DNA from: the human T2T-CHM13v2.0 reference genome, Homo sapiens
Assembly (NCBI RefSeq): GCF_009914755.1
Contig: NC_060926.1
Direction: 5' to 3' (one strand)
DNA length: 64,000 nt
The stretch's first letter is position 1, and every line of letters starts with the position of its first letter. The notes beneath the pieces were generated by a model that was not told the DNA's origin, searched no databases, and saw only the letters and a program-made list of their open reading frames with translations. Shown here one piece after another: positions 1 to 20,140 of the stretch. Position numbers and translations under genes: made by a program.

Positions 1-39
1 GTGTCATATAAATATTGTTTTTTGATAAAATTAAATTTA

Positions 40-4641
<4,602 letters not shown>

Positions 4642-4925
4642 ACCCTCCCTGTATATTATTTCTAAGTATACTATTATGTTAAAAAAAGTTTAAAAATATT
4701 GATTTAATGAATTCCCAGAAACTAGGATTTTACATGTCACGTTTTCTTATTATAAAAATAAAAATCAACAATAAATATATGGTAAAAGTAAAAAGAAAAA
4801 CAAAAACAAAAAGTGAAAAAAATAAACAACACTCCTGTCAAAAAACAACAGTTGTGATAAAACTTAAGTGCCTGAAAATTTAGAAACATCCTTCTAAAGA
4901 AGTTCTGAATAAAATAAGGAATAAA

Positions 4926-7262
<2,337 letters not shown>

Positions 7263-7299
7263 TAACTGAACAAGCAGAAAATCTAAAAGGAGACTATTT

Positions 7300-8280
7300 C
7301 ATTTGAACACATACGGAATATAGTCAAAGTTACACTCAGGGAAAAATACATAGCCTTAGAAGCTTTTGTTAAATAGAATTTTTTCTTCCGATTATGAAGG
7401 ATTAGTTGCTAATCAATTTAATGGAATCACTAGGGGAAAAAAGAACAATATGCCTAATCATGATAATATTTTAAATTACCAGAAATAGAAAAGATTCTGA
7501 AAAAACCTTGACAATTAAAAAAGGAATAAGAATACCCCAAACAGCAATAAATTGAAGAATAACTTCCAATGTTGGGAAAATAAAAAAAATTTTCAGCAGA
7601 ATTTGCTACCTAGCTTAACTATCACTTAACTGAAAAAGCAGATTAATAATTTTTTTAGATATGCAAAGCCTCTAATTTTACCTTTCTGTATCCTTCCTTA
7701 GAAAGCCATAGGATTCTTTTAGCTAAACAAATGTTTAATAATAATTGTAAAAAGTAGAAAACAAAGAATCCCAGAAATTTTTCTTTAAATAAAGAGGATT
7801 GGAGAGAATTCACTGGACTGCAACAGATCTAGACAGCAGCTAGTCCAGCCTTTAGCAGGAGAGAGGACCACAAGAGGACCCCTGGATAATTTAGTTTTTA
7901 TAGATTAGATGAGATAGTAGATGATAGAACATCCAGAAAAAGTAAGTGGATTAATGGAAACATGCAAATGAAAAAGAGGCAATTATTAATTCAAGGGAAA
8001 ACAAAAAGCTGTATCTGACTAGGTTCTATAGTGAACAGTATTTATATAGGAATAAGTGAAGGAATGTTGTTTATTGACTTAACTAAAATTGCTCAATAAC
8101 TTTTATTAATTTAACTAAAAATAGTGGTTAACTATCTGAAAAGTTAAAGAAGGGTATGGTGAAGGTCTAAATAAATATTTATCATGTTATGAACTCAATA
8201 AAATATTTAAAATTAATAAATGTAAAAGAACATGATAAACTTAACACTTGAAAATATGGATGCAATGACCAGAATAAGTA
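7300..8280 (+). mobile_element. Very degraded ancient L1M/HAL1-like fragments
   Basis: A-rich sense strand with patches resembling L1 ORF2 start (7320-7370) and ORF1 end (7560-7720). Confidence 0.4.
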
Positions 8281-8297
8281 GCTAAATACAGAGGTTA

Positions 8298-8460
8298 AGT
8301 TTCAAATAGCTAGAAAGAGGACATTGAATGGTCCCAACACAAAGAAATGATAAATGCTTGAATTGATGGGCATACCAATTACCCTCAGCTGATTTGTATA
8401 CGTGTGTTACACCATCGGTATGTATTCATGAATGTGTACAATTATTATGTGTCAAACATT
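8298..8460 (+). mobile_element. L1MA (L1MA8/9-like) 3' end fragment
   Basis: ttcaaatagctagaaagaggacattgaatggtcccaacacaaagaaatgataaatg...tacaattattatgtgtcaa matches the L1MA 3' terminus. Confidence 0.8.
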
Positions 8461-10704
8461 TTTTTTTAAAGTGATTGTCGATGGAGATTTGTGATAGGGG
8501 CTAGACAATGCATGAGTGGAGGTCTACTCTTTGTGTTTTTGTTTTGTTTTGTAGTTTTTGGTTTTCTAAACTTTAAAGGCTTTTTATTGACTTTTTTTAA
8601 TTCATGAAAAGGCTTTTAATAAATTATAGTTTGTTTCTCCCCAAAGCTAATTGAAATAATAATTAAATCCACTTTGTAAAAGCTGTAAATAGACTACTTT
8701 TGGCAAGTGGTCCTCAACTGGCTTATCATTATCTAATCTTTCTCCCAGTTCTAGATGGTAGTTTTTAAATTTCTGGGGAAATTTTAAATTTTCATGATGA
8801 CCGAAGTAGTACCATAGGCATGTAGTATATGGGGCAGAGGTGGGGGAGAGTAGATATAAAACATAACCAATGAACGTCAATCTCTAATGTTCCACTAAAT
8901 ATAATTTACTTGGAATATATCTATCATGTACATTAATGGAACTTTACTCTGTTGTTCACTATTGTAGAAAAATTATACGCACTTAACAGTAGTACTTCTT
9001 GTGGTAAAAGTATTGCAAACATGAATATAACATAAACATCTTATTTAGGAACAGAGTCTGACTGCAGTGTTTTATATTTACTGGTGCAGTTGTCTGGAAG
9101 AATGTATATTTTGAAATACCAGTTATTTATTGTGAAGGAATTGAAGAGCTGCACTATAATCCTTCCTGTGGCTCCAGGATGCTGAAGAACAATTTGATCC
9201 TTAGTCAACATTTTTGAAATATCAAGTGAAGGAATATATCCCCTGGAAATAAATGAGAGTCTTGCTGGGTTGCTAGTTATTGATTTCATCTGAGAACGTT
9301 CCTAAGCATGCCATTCCTGGTTGTCCAGATTGTTTATTTGGTCACATGTAATTTACTGTTAGCTGCATTAAATAACAAAAACAGGATACTGATCTATCCA
9401 AGTGCTACAAAACTAGCAATGTATTTAAGCTGACAACTCCCAGATGGGGGAGTTACCTGTGCTGGTGTGATTTACATGTGTGTCAGTGCTCATCTCTCAA
9501 GATCAAGACATACATTGTGTTTTGGGCATTGATGATCACTTCTGGCTACTTTCAAAAAGCTTTTTCTTGCAAGCTCTTATGCTCCCTGTTTGGTATTCTT
9601 TTATAATGCTAAGTTTAGTTGGCACTGGATAGGGCTACTGTGTTATGTAACCTGAAATCCACTAATACTGTCTTTTAGGGCATTATATGATTTCTAAAGC
9701 CATATAGTAGTCTCTGTATAGTAAAGTGTGCATAACAAAATATTCCTAAGATAGAGAACGAGAGGGTTCCTGAAGACTTAGTTCCACAGGTATAGTCATT
9801 AAGTATTAATTTCCATGGGCTTTCTTTTTCTATAAATCAATTAAAATATTAAATGAAATAATTTATACACAGTGAGTAGATGCTTAGTCTGTAGGCATAA
9901 ACTTATTTAGGTCTAATTCTCAATTTAAGGATTTGGATTTCGAAGAATATTCTGTAACTGAGAAATTGTAGAGACTTAATAACTTAAATCAATACTCACA
10001 CCCTTTCGGTTTACACATTTACACCTTTCTTAAAGATAACACAATTTCAAGATGATACTGGGAATACATGAAACTTATCTGGCCAGGAGGAAGATTTTAA
10101 ATAGGAATGTAAGAAAGTGGTGGGCAGGGAGATGGAAATGCAAGTGTTACATGGGATTTTCTGCAAAGCCCCATAAAAGGAAACAATTCAAATAAAAGAA
10201 GTGCTCCTTTTCCCACCTTCCCTCTTTCCACTTGGTACTTATTGATGTCTGGAAAGGGGATGGGATGGCGGGAGCATTTTTGGTGATGGCCTTTCTAAAA
10301 AAGGTTGACCAAAAATAAATTTCCTTAAATGATCTCATTAACTTAGAGACTTCCCAACACGGATTAGTCTTGATCTGATCAATAAACAGAATATTCAACT
10401 TTCTATTTTGCATAAAAAGAAAACCTTTTATTACAGCATTTTTTTTCTAGGTGATTAAAACAAGTAAAGCTCCCTGATTCTAGATCTGATTTTAGATTCC
10501 ACTCATAATGACCTTCTCTCCTGCTCGATAAAGTTTCTATGCACAAGGAGGGAGGAGGAAAGTCTTTTAGAAGTGATTGGTGTACACTGTAACAATATTC
10601 AAAGGATATTCAAAGTTATCAAATGAAAAGAAACACTTTCTGGATATTACCAGAATTCAATTTCCACATTCCAAAGTAATCAAAGTTTACTAATTTTGTG
10701 ATTG

Positions 10705-10816
10705 TTTAAAACTTTTTTGTGGTACTTTTTTATATTTCAAAATAATACCTTGGTGTTCCTGATTTAAAACTTTTTTGTGGTGATTTTTATATTTCAAAAT
10801 AATTCCTTGGTGTTCC
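10705..10816. repeat. Tandem duplication, ~58-bp unit x2
   Basis: tttaaaacttttttgtggt...tatatttcaaaataat(a/t)ccttggtgttcc starts at 10705 and 10763. Confidence 0.95.
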
Positions 10817-11289
10817 AGTCAACTTAAGATGCTGTTGTCTCCCCATTATAAAAGAGGAGAAAGTTTGCCTTAAAATTTATTTCTTTTGAAGCACTTTTTT
10901 TTGCATTATTATATTTGTGTTTTTAAAATTTTTCTAACTCACAGTGATATTCTCCTACATTTTGTTCTATTAATTTTACATTTCATTTTTATGTGTTTAC
11001 TCTCCTAGGATTCACATTGTATTGGGTGGGGTAGTTGTTCAGTTGAGGTAGAGCATTCTTTTTTTCCATATTTTTCATTACCATCTACTGAGTAGTCTCT
11101 CTCCTCTTATTTGTTTTTTTATACATACTATTTTTATTATTCCCAGAAAGCATAATTTATTTAATTCACAATACACAAACATACACACAGTTTACATTTT
11201 ATTTTGAAACTACGTAATCTAAATCTTTTACTGTCATGTATGTAATACATTATTCTCATTATTATCTAGTTATTGCATTCAAGTTTTTA

Positions 11290-11699
11290 AAAATGTTTTA
11301 TTTCTATAGGTTTTGGGGGAACAGGTGGTATTTGGTTACATGAATAAGTTCTTCAGTGGTGGTTTGTGAGATTTTGGTGCGCTTATCACCCGAGCAGTAT
11401 ACACTGAACTCAATTTGTAGTCTTTTGTCCCTCACCCCCCTGCCACCCTTTCCTCTGAGTCCCCAAAGTCCATTGTATTATTCTTATGACTTTGTATTCT
11501 CATAGCTTAGCTCTCCTTGTAAGTGAGAAGATACGATGTTTGGTTTTCTGTTCCTGAGTTACTTCACTTGGAGTAATAGCCTCAAGCTCCATCCAAGTTG
11601 CTACAAAAGGCATTTTTTTATGGTTGAATAGTATTCCCTCTTTATTTTTGCTGCGAATGCCATTAATTCGTTCCTTTTTGTGGCTGAGTAGTATTCCAT

Positions 11700-11740
<41 letters not shown>

Positions 11741-14124
11741 ATAGATATATAAAATTTCTTTACTCATTGATTGATGGGCATTTGGGCTGGTTTCAGATTT
11801 TTGCAATTGCAAATTGTGCTCCTATAAACATGTATGTGCAACCATCTTTTTCATATAATGACCTCTTTTCCTTTGGGTAGATACCCAGTAGTGAGATTGC
11901 TGATTCAAATAGTAGTTCTACGTTTGGTTCTTTAAAAAATCTCCACACTGTTTTCCATTGTGGTTGTACTAGGTTACATTCCCACTAGCAGTGTTGAAGC
12001 ATTCCCTTTTTACTGCATCCATGCCAACATCTATTTATTTATTTTTTTTGATTGTGGCCATTCTCGCAGGAGAAAGGTGGTATGGCACTGTGGTTTTGAT
12101 TTGCATTTCCTTGATCATTAGTGATGTTGAGCATTTTTTCATATGTTTATTGGCCATTTGTATATCTTCTTTTGAGAACTGTCTATTCATGTTCTTAGAC
12201 CACTTTTTGGTGGGATTGTTTTATTTTTTCTTGCTAATTTATTTGAGTTCCTTGTAGATTCTGGGTATTAGTCTTTTGTTAAATGTATAGATTGTGAAGA
12301 TTTTCTCCCACTCTGTGGGTTGTCTGTTTACTCTGCTGACTCTTCCTTTTGCTGTGCAGAAGCTCTTCAGTTTAATTAAGTCCCAACTATTTATCTTTGT
12401 TTTTGTTGCATTTGTTTTTGTGTTCTTGGTCATGAAGTCTTTGCCTAAGCCAATGTCTAGAAGGATTTTTCTGATGTTATTTTCTAGAATTTTTACAGTT
12501 TTGGGTCTTAGATTTATGTCCTTGACCCATCTTGAGTTGGTTTTTTTACAAGCTGTGAAATGAGGATCCAGTTTCATTCTGCTATATGTGGCTTGCCAAT
12601 TATTCCAGCACCGTTTGTTGAATAGGGTGTCCTTTTCCCACTTAATGTTTTTGTTTGCTTTGTTGAAGGTCTGTTGGCTGTGTGTATTTAGGTTTATTTC
12701 TGGGTACTCTATTCTGCTCCATTGGTCTATGTGCCTATTTTTATATCAGTACCATGCTGTTTTGGTGAATATGGCCATATAGTATAGTTTGAAAGCAGGT
12801 AATGTGATGATGCCACCAGATTTGTTCTTTTTGCTTAGTCTCGCTTGGGCTATAGAGGTTCCTTTTTGGTTCCATATGAATTTTAGAATTGTCTTTTCTA
12901 GTTCTGTGAAGATCGATGGTGATATCTTGATGGGAATTGCATTGAATTTGTAGACTGCTTTTGGCAGTGTGGTCATTTTCACAATATTGATTCTACCTAT
13001 TCATAAGCATGGGTTGTGTTTTCATTTATTTGTATCATCTATGATTTCTTTCAGCAGTGTTTTGTAGTTTTCCTTGTAGAGGACTTTCACCTTCTTGGTT
13101 AGGTATATTCCTAAGTATTTTAATTTTTTTTTCAGCTATTGTAAAAGGGGTTGAGTTCTTGATTTGATTCCCAGCTTGGCTGCTGCTGATGTATAGCAGA
13201 GCTACTGATTTGTATAACGTAATTTTGCATTCTGAAATTTTACTAAATTCATTTATCAGTTCTAGGTGCTTTCTGGAGGAGTCTTTAGGATTTTCTAGGC
13301 ATACAATCATATCATCAGCAAACAGTGACAGTTTGACTTCCTTTTTACCAATTTGAATGCCCTTTATTTATTTCTCTTGTCTGATTGCTCTGGCTAGAAC
13401 TTCCAGTACTATGTTGAATAGAAGTGGTGAGAGTGGGCATCCTTGTCTTTTTCCAGTTCTCAGAGACAATCCTTTCAACTTTTCCCCTTTCAGTATTGCG
13501 TTGGCTGTGGGTTTGTCATAGATGGCTTTTTTTACATTAAGGTATGTCCCTTGTATGCTGATTTTGCTGAGAGTTTTAATCACAAAGAGATGCTGTAATT
13601 TGTCAAATGCTTTTTCTGCATCTATTGAGATGATCGTGTGATTTTTGTTTTTAATTCTGTGTATGTGGTGTATCACATGTATTGACTTGCATATGTTAAA
13701 CCATACCTGTATCCCGGCTATAAAACCCATTTGATCGTGGTGGATTATCTTTTTGATATATTGTTGGATTCAATTAGCTAGTATTTTATTAGGATTTTTG
13801 CATCTGTGTTCATCAGGGATATTGGCCTGTAGTTTTCTTTTTCTGTTATGTCCTTTCCTAGTTTTGGTATTAAAGTGATACTGGCTTCATAGAATGATTT
13901 AGAGAGGATTCCCTCTTTTTCTATTTTGTGGGATAGTTTCAATAGGATTGATACCAATTCTTCTTTGAATGTCTGATAGAATCCAGCTGTGAATCTGTCT
14001 GGTCCTGGGCTTTGTTGTTGTTGGTGGTGTTGGTAGTTTTTTTTTAATTACCATTTCAATCTTGCTGCTTGTTATTCGTCTGTTCAGGGTTTCTAATTCT
14101 TCCTGATTTAAGCTAGGAGGGTTG
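11290..14124 (-). mobile_element. 5'-truncated L1PB (L1PB1-like)
   Basis: L1PB 3' UTR (ggaacaggtggtatttggttacatgaataagttc...gagtccccaaagtccattg); minus-strand ORF2 fragments 12239-12577, 12746-12982, 13368-13730 ([26 protein letters not shown]); internal (TG)n at ~11700-11750. Confidence 0.92.
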
Positions 14125-15124
14125 CTCACTAGAGGTTAAGAAGCACTAATTTAGATGATTTTCACCATCCCTCTGGCTTTCAGAATTTTGTAACAGTCAT
14201 GATATTTTTATTGAAGATGCATTACAAGCAAACTCCATGGGAATTGCAAAGAAGTGTATGACATGCTCTTGTCTAACTTAAAATTTAGTTGAGAAAACAG
14301 ACTTGGAGGTTAAGTGTAGCCGGACTGATGTCTGATGATCAAATACAAGTGGATGTGGTGATTGAACTCTGAGTGGTCTCGGCTACCATGTCTGCTATAA
14401 TAGGAGGGATCAATCAAGTCATGAAGCTGGTGAAGCTAGAGGCCGGCAAGAACGTTCAGGAAAGTGCAGAGGCACCAATGTGGGAAATGAACTGTGTCTC
14501 GGATGGGGCACAAGAGTGAGGAGGTTGTGGCAGTGCCCCTGGGCCTTCACTACCCGTAAGTGGATAGAGCATCAATACTTAGATAGGCTCAGGTGTGAGA
14601 AAAAATGGACACGGGGGTTGTAGCCAAATGGTGAGGAGCCTTGAATATGGAAATAGATTTTTTTCATACTTCAAATAATTTTTATTCAATAACAAAACTA
14701 TATATCTAACTCTAAATATGCATATATTTATTTTTGCATATGGAATATAGCTTTATTGCAAGAAAAAAATCATTCAAGACAGAAACTTAGGATAATCCTG
14801 AAGACAGACTCACTGAATTTTGGTTCGTATAGCTAGACTTGTGAACCTGGAGGCATCCTTTTGGTCGGTGTTTTCAGAATGTGCTCTTATACCCCTTGGG
14901 AATTCTCTGACAAAGATTTTCTGAGGAGGTAACAGGTGAACTCTTCAGCTTTCTGCTCTCCTCTGCCGGGTAGACAGAAAGGCACTGCTGATCCTATGTG
15001 GATTGCATTGGGCTTTCCTGAAATATTCCATTCCTATAACCCATATCCCAGGCTCCATCCTTAGCCTATGATCCAGCCTCAACAGAGTGGCATGTTCAAG
15101 ACTGCTCTGTGGTGTTTCTGCTCT

Positions 15125-15310
15125 CACAGTAAAAGCCCACACTCTCTTAGCCAAAGCCCCTCATGGCCTGGCCCTCCACCTTTTCCCTCCCTCTGCACTA
15201 TGCCCCGCTTCTTCCCCTCCCTTCCAGCATTCTCCCCAACCCCAAAACTTAGAATAGAACCTGGCACAAAATATCAATATTTGTTGAACAAAGGATTCAA
15301 ATGAGTTAAA
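15125..15310 (+). mobile_element. L2 3' fragment
   Basis: ttagaatagaacctggcacaaaatatcaatatttgttgaa resembles the L2 3' terminus. Confidence 0.55.
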
Positions 15311-18300
15311 TGATTTAAAAAAGGAAATTAAAAACTACTGCTATATGGAATAAGGAGCCATTAAAATCTCCTAAGATTTTTTTTTTTTTTGGAAGCATGT
15401 GAGGAGTATATTTTTGGGAGTATGTCCTTTTTGGTAATATGTGAGGTCAGCTCTCTAAATATACATTTATTCTAGAGTGTTACAGACTTTTAAAAAAATT
15501 TTTATTTATTTATTTTTTTTAAAGAATGCATTCCTTTGTTCATGAGGGCCATCCTCCCATCTTGTTCTCATTTGCTTAAAATTTGTTTTAACCTAACATT
15601 AATTAAACATTTTTGAATGTGTGCAGAAGAGGCAAGGAGACAGAGAAAGGGGACTTAAACCCGCGGAGACAGCGGCAAGAAAGATTGGCAGAAACTCTCT
15701 GGCACAGCCTGTTTCCCTGCAAAGGAAGGTGCTGGCTTCAGCACCCTTGTGTGGCTTGTGGGTGTGGTCAGGTCAACTCAGGACGTGGGGATGGTGCCAG
15801 AGAGCTGACCCTGTTCCAGGAGCAGGGTCCATGTCCCTTTCTCCTGAGCCCTAGAAAGCTGGGACTGCAGCACTGCTCACAGGAAAGCCTCCTCCTCCAT
15901 TCTGTGGCAGTTATACACAACACAAACCATTTCTAGGTATTTGTGTTTCTTTCTTGATCTTGTGAATCTTTTCTCACTAAATTCAGCTCACGTCTATCTT
16001 TTCGACTTCCCTATGTGTAAGATAAAAGTTATCTTGGAAAGCAGTCTGCACATTTTAATAAAAGTAACCTTTTGTTTTTGATACCCAAGTCTTAATTTTT
16101 CTGGTAAACCTTCTTACCTTGTTATGGAAATGACAGCAGGAGAGAGATGAATGGCCCTGTAATTAGTTCAAGGAATTCAGATGGGATAAAGCTTTCCCTT
16201 GCCTTTTGGTGCCCCCCAGCAGAGCTCTGCTGAAAAGATGCGTTTAGATTGCTCCCAGAACTCTGCTTTTAAAATAAATGTGGGGATATGCATGTAACTG
16301 CTGCAATGCAAGCCATCTCATCTGTTGGGTTCAAAGTTGCAGCATTCTTTTGTGAAATAAAAGAGTTCTTTATTTGACTGCCATCCTTTGCTGTTTACAA
16401 GTGCGGATACTTTGATGGTCCAGGAAGAGAGAGTGTGCATTGTGTGCTCTTAATGAGCACTTGTGCACTCAGCCATGCGCAGCAGAGGACGAAGGTTTTC
16501 CTTTTAAAATCAAGCATCCATTAAAAGAGACAACAACAACAAAAACTTGACATAGAAGCCCTGAAATGGGAAAGTTTGTCATCTTCATTATTTCTTATTG
16601 CCAAGAGGAGCCCAACTTAATCACATTTCACTAGGAGGCACACCAGTAAAACATGTCTGGCAGAAACAGAAGAAAAAGCCAGAGGTGGACACAGCTAATT
16701 GTATTTATGTCAGGTTTTGAGAATAATCAATATGCCTTTGCTTTATTATTTATATCTAGTCCAGCAGATACACACCTAATGCTCAATATTTTTCTTAGCT
16801 TGTTTTATTGCTGGAGCTCCTGGAGCTCTGTGCACATGCCTTCCCAAACAAGCGGAAAGGATTCTCTAAATGATTGTGCTGTTAAGCGACACATAAGCTT
16901 AGAGAGCCGGGTAACTACTTTCTGCAACCACAGTTTCTTTTTCCTTTTTATTATAATCCTCTGTTCTTGAGCCACAGTCTCTGTTGGGAATTTGAAGGTC
17001 AGATTATCTTTATATGTTTCCAGAGTTGAATCATCGCACACCCCAATATATTTGTTCTTTTAAGACAGTAAGTTCCTTATTAAGGAAAGGTTATTCTCTT
17101 GTCTGGGTGAGAATTATGTTGAAAGATAAATAACCTTTTCATATGAAGCCTCTAGGCTGAAACCATTTGTGTTTCACATAGAGGCGATGTCTTTTAGAGA
17201 AATCTCAGGCAATTAGAGCTGATACCCACACCTCCTTTGCACGGAGGGCCCTGGTTGGGGGCCCCTGGTGGCCCTGGCTCTGCTCAGTGCCATGGCTCCC
17301 CTGGCACATGGTTTATTCCCTCAGAGCATCCTGTCACCCACACCTTCTGATAGTGGTGTTTCCAGTCACTGGTCCTGCACTGACTGGGCAGTGATGTTTT
17401 TCTTTGGATTCTGACTTCTTTTGTGGTGGCTGACGTAGCTTCCAGCACCTTCTCCTGTCGTGGCTCAAACTTGCTGAATTATACAACTCGTTACCGCTGT
17501 CTTACACTAGGGTAGGGACCCAATGATGGAAGAAGGGAAAATGTACCCTTGTTTTGGCTTTGGAGAGTGGACAGATGTTGTTGATACTTTAACGACTTCT
17601 CTGTGACCTGCCATAGGAAGTCTAACTGTTATAATGTGGCAGTCAAGGCCCTTGACAATCTGTCCTAGCATTCCCTTTCTATTCTATTTCCCTCAATATG
17701 CCTTATTCTTTAGTACACTTCTCCATATGCCCTGAACATGCCTGTAAGTTCAGGCTTTTACTCCTTTGCCTACTGTCATCTCTCTCATGTCAAGATAAGG
17801 GATGAATGGAGAACAGCAGGTTTGGGGGAAATCGGCTACTTCTCAGGATTTGCTTTTGAACTGGATTTCAGAGCCACTCATAGTGAGGAGCCTGCTGTCT
17901 TCCCCGATGACAACAATAATCTGCATGGCTCATGGTGGGAACAGTGTCAGGCCACAGCTCTCTTGCATCCTTTCTTCTGTCTCCTGACTCAGTGAATCCT
18001 TATATTTGCAATGGGGTTCCCTGATGGGGTCTCACATCCTTCCCATACCCAACTGCAGGTCACAGAATGTGAGAACGTGGGATGGCTTACTGATTCAATG
18101 GGTGCACAGAGGCCTATGCTCAGAGACAGCCAGGCCAACGGCCAGCCATGGCACGGATGGCTCCTAGGTCCAGGCCTGCTTTCTTTGTTCCCGCCTTGGA
18201 TGGAGCCCCCGCAAACTTGTGACATAAGACCCTGATCATAATCAGACTTTCCGCCACTTCATCTCATATTCTTTGCTCGAGGCTGGTGTTTGTCAGCTTT

Positions 18301-18404
18301 AAGTGCATTCCATTCTTTCCCAAGCTCAGTAGTTCTTGTGAGGAATGACAGGGTTTGAACTTTATTTTGCAACATCGGCAATTGTTGCCAACCAAAATAA
18401 CAAT

Positions 18405-18630
18405 AAAAGCTTTTTTTTCTACTGAGCACTTACTAAGTGACAGCTGCTCTTGTAGACATATGTCATCTCATTTAATCCTCACTGCAACACTAGGAAGTGG
18501 GGGTCTTTCAATATACCTGTTGCACAGAGAAGGAACTAAAGCTCAGAGAGGTTAAGCCACTTGCCCAAGACCACACAGAGGTCAGTGGCATGGGAGAGAT
18601 TTGACACGGGGCACTCTGGCTCTGGCTGCA
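18405..18630 (-). mobile_element. MIR
   Basis: MIR core on minus strand: ctcatttaatcctcac...aactaaagctcagagaggttaagccacttgcccaagaccacacag. Confidence 0.88.
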
Positions 18631-19814
18631 ATCCGCTACACAGGAGGAGCGAGCTCAGGCTGAGGGCACAAGACATTCAGATTTCATGGGACTCTCCCAC
18701 AGCTCAGTTGCTTTTTGCTCAGGCCTGTGGGTACATGGACAACCCAGCCTCCATCCGAAACCTAAGCAGACAAGGTCATAAAAACAAGGCCAGAGCAGAA
18801 GCTCTTGATCGTGTCTTATCACTGACTCTTCTCTTTTCTTTCATGGGAAATCAATAGCTATTTATGAGATCCTGTATTCTTTCTTATGGATATTTGAAAA
18901 ATAGTGTAATTCTTTACACAAATAGGTTAACTTCTCTGTAGAGGTCTCTCCTGTGAAACTGTATTTTCACACAAAAACTAGGATATCTTTTTATTTATCC
19001 ATGGCATTCCTGGGCACTTTAAATTTGTGTTATAATTTTCCTTATTTTGTGGATCACTTGTTTCCATTTCCCTTTTAAGAGCTGTTAAGGTGGTTCATTA
19101 GAGATATTGTAAAAAACGTAAAATGTTTCCTGTACTTTGTGTAATTTCTAAAAAACACGTGATACTAATCAAGCAATGATCAAAAAACCTCTTGGTAAAT
19201 CTAACCGGGGTGGCTTTTTGACATTTAAATCAATATTTAAAAATTTAAAATAATTATGTGATATGTTGTGGTATGTTTGATTTTTGACTTAATTTAATAT
19301 TTTATAGTTTTTTTTTAAACTTCAGATTTGCAAACAATATTGCTTATCAAGATTTTAATTAGTTTCAACTAAGGAGCAGATGGCTTATGTAACTGCAAGC
19401 TGCCTTTATATATTCCATCTCTCCAACCTGTAGTCAGTATGAAAAGCTGGATTATGCTAATGTTTGTGATGCTGAAAGCCTGGTTTATTTCCTAGCTGGT
19501 GGAAAGAGCTAGTGTGTGTCTGTGTTAAGTTTAATTAGGGGACTTCACGGCAAAATAACTGAGCCCAAGATGTTGGGTACTTCAAAATCCTCCCAGGTAA
19601 CTGGAGTGGAGAGAGTGGGGTGAACTATCCCTGGGGCACTGGAATGAGGGGATATTGTTATCCTCTCACAGAGGGCCCACCTTGACACCCTGCTGGGAAC
19701 GTCAGGCAGTTTCTTCCTTTCCCCCAGGGACCTTGTGCTTTCCTGCACACTGGCCTTGGTCAGGAGCATCTCAGCCCATCAGGCAGGCTTTAAATTATGT
19801 TTAAATTGGCAACC

Positions 19815-19965
19815 TAGCAGGGTTCGGTGGCCTGCACCAATAGTCCTTGCTACTCGGGATGCTGAGCTGAGAGGACTGCTTGAGCCTAGGAGTGTGAGGA
19901 CAGCCTGGGCAAGAGTCTGACCCTTTCTGTAAAAATAAATAAGCACATAAATAAATAAATAAATG
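19815..19965 (+). mobile_element. Free left Alu monomer (FLAM-like)
   Basis: Single monomer (gctactcgggatgctgag...gcttgagcctaggag) with (taaa)n tail; TSD taaattggcaac at 19802-19813 and 19971-19982. Confidence 0.85.
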
Positions 19966-20029
19966 ACATATAAATTGGCAACTTATTAGCTCACACACAA
20001 AATTATTAGTGCAAAAAGACACACAGCTA

Positions 20030-20140
20030 TTTCTTGACTTGGGCACTCGTTACAAGGTGAGTTCACTTCGTCATAATTCATCAGTCTGTGCACTTAAGAT
20101 TTCTGCACTTTTCTGTTCGAATGTTACACCTAAATAAATG
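20030..20140 (+). mobile_element. L1ME-like 3' end fragment
   Basis: aattcatcagtctgtgcacttaagatttctgcacttttctg...aataaa. Confidence 0.65.

Noticed and set aside
9041-9289. 82-aa ORF considered as an endogenous viral element or pseudogene
   Set aside because: No motif or family I recognise in the frames I read; length is compatible with chance.
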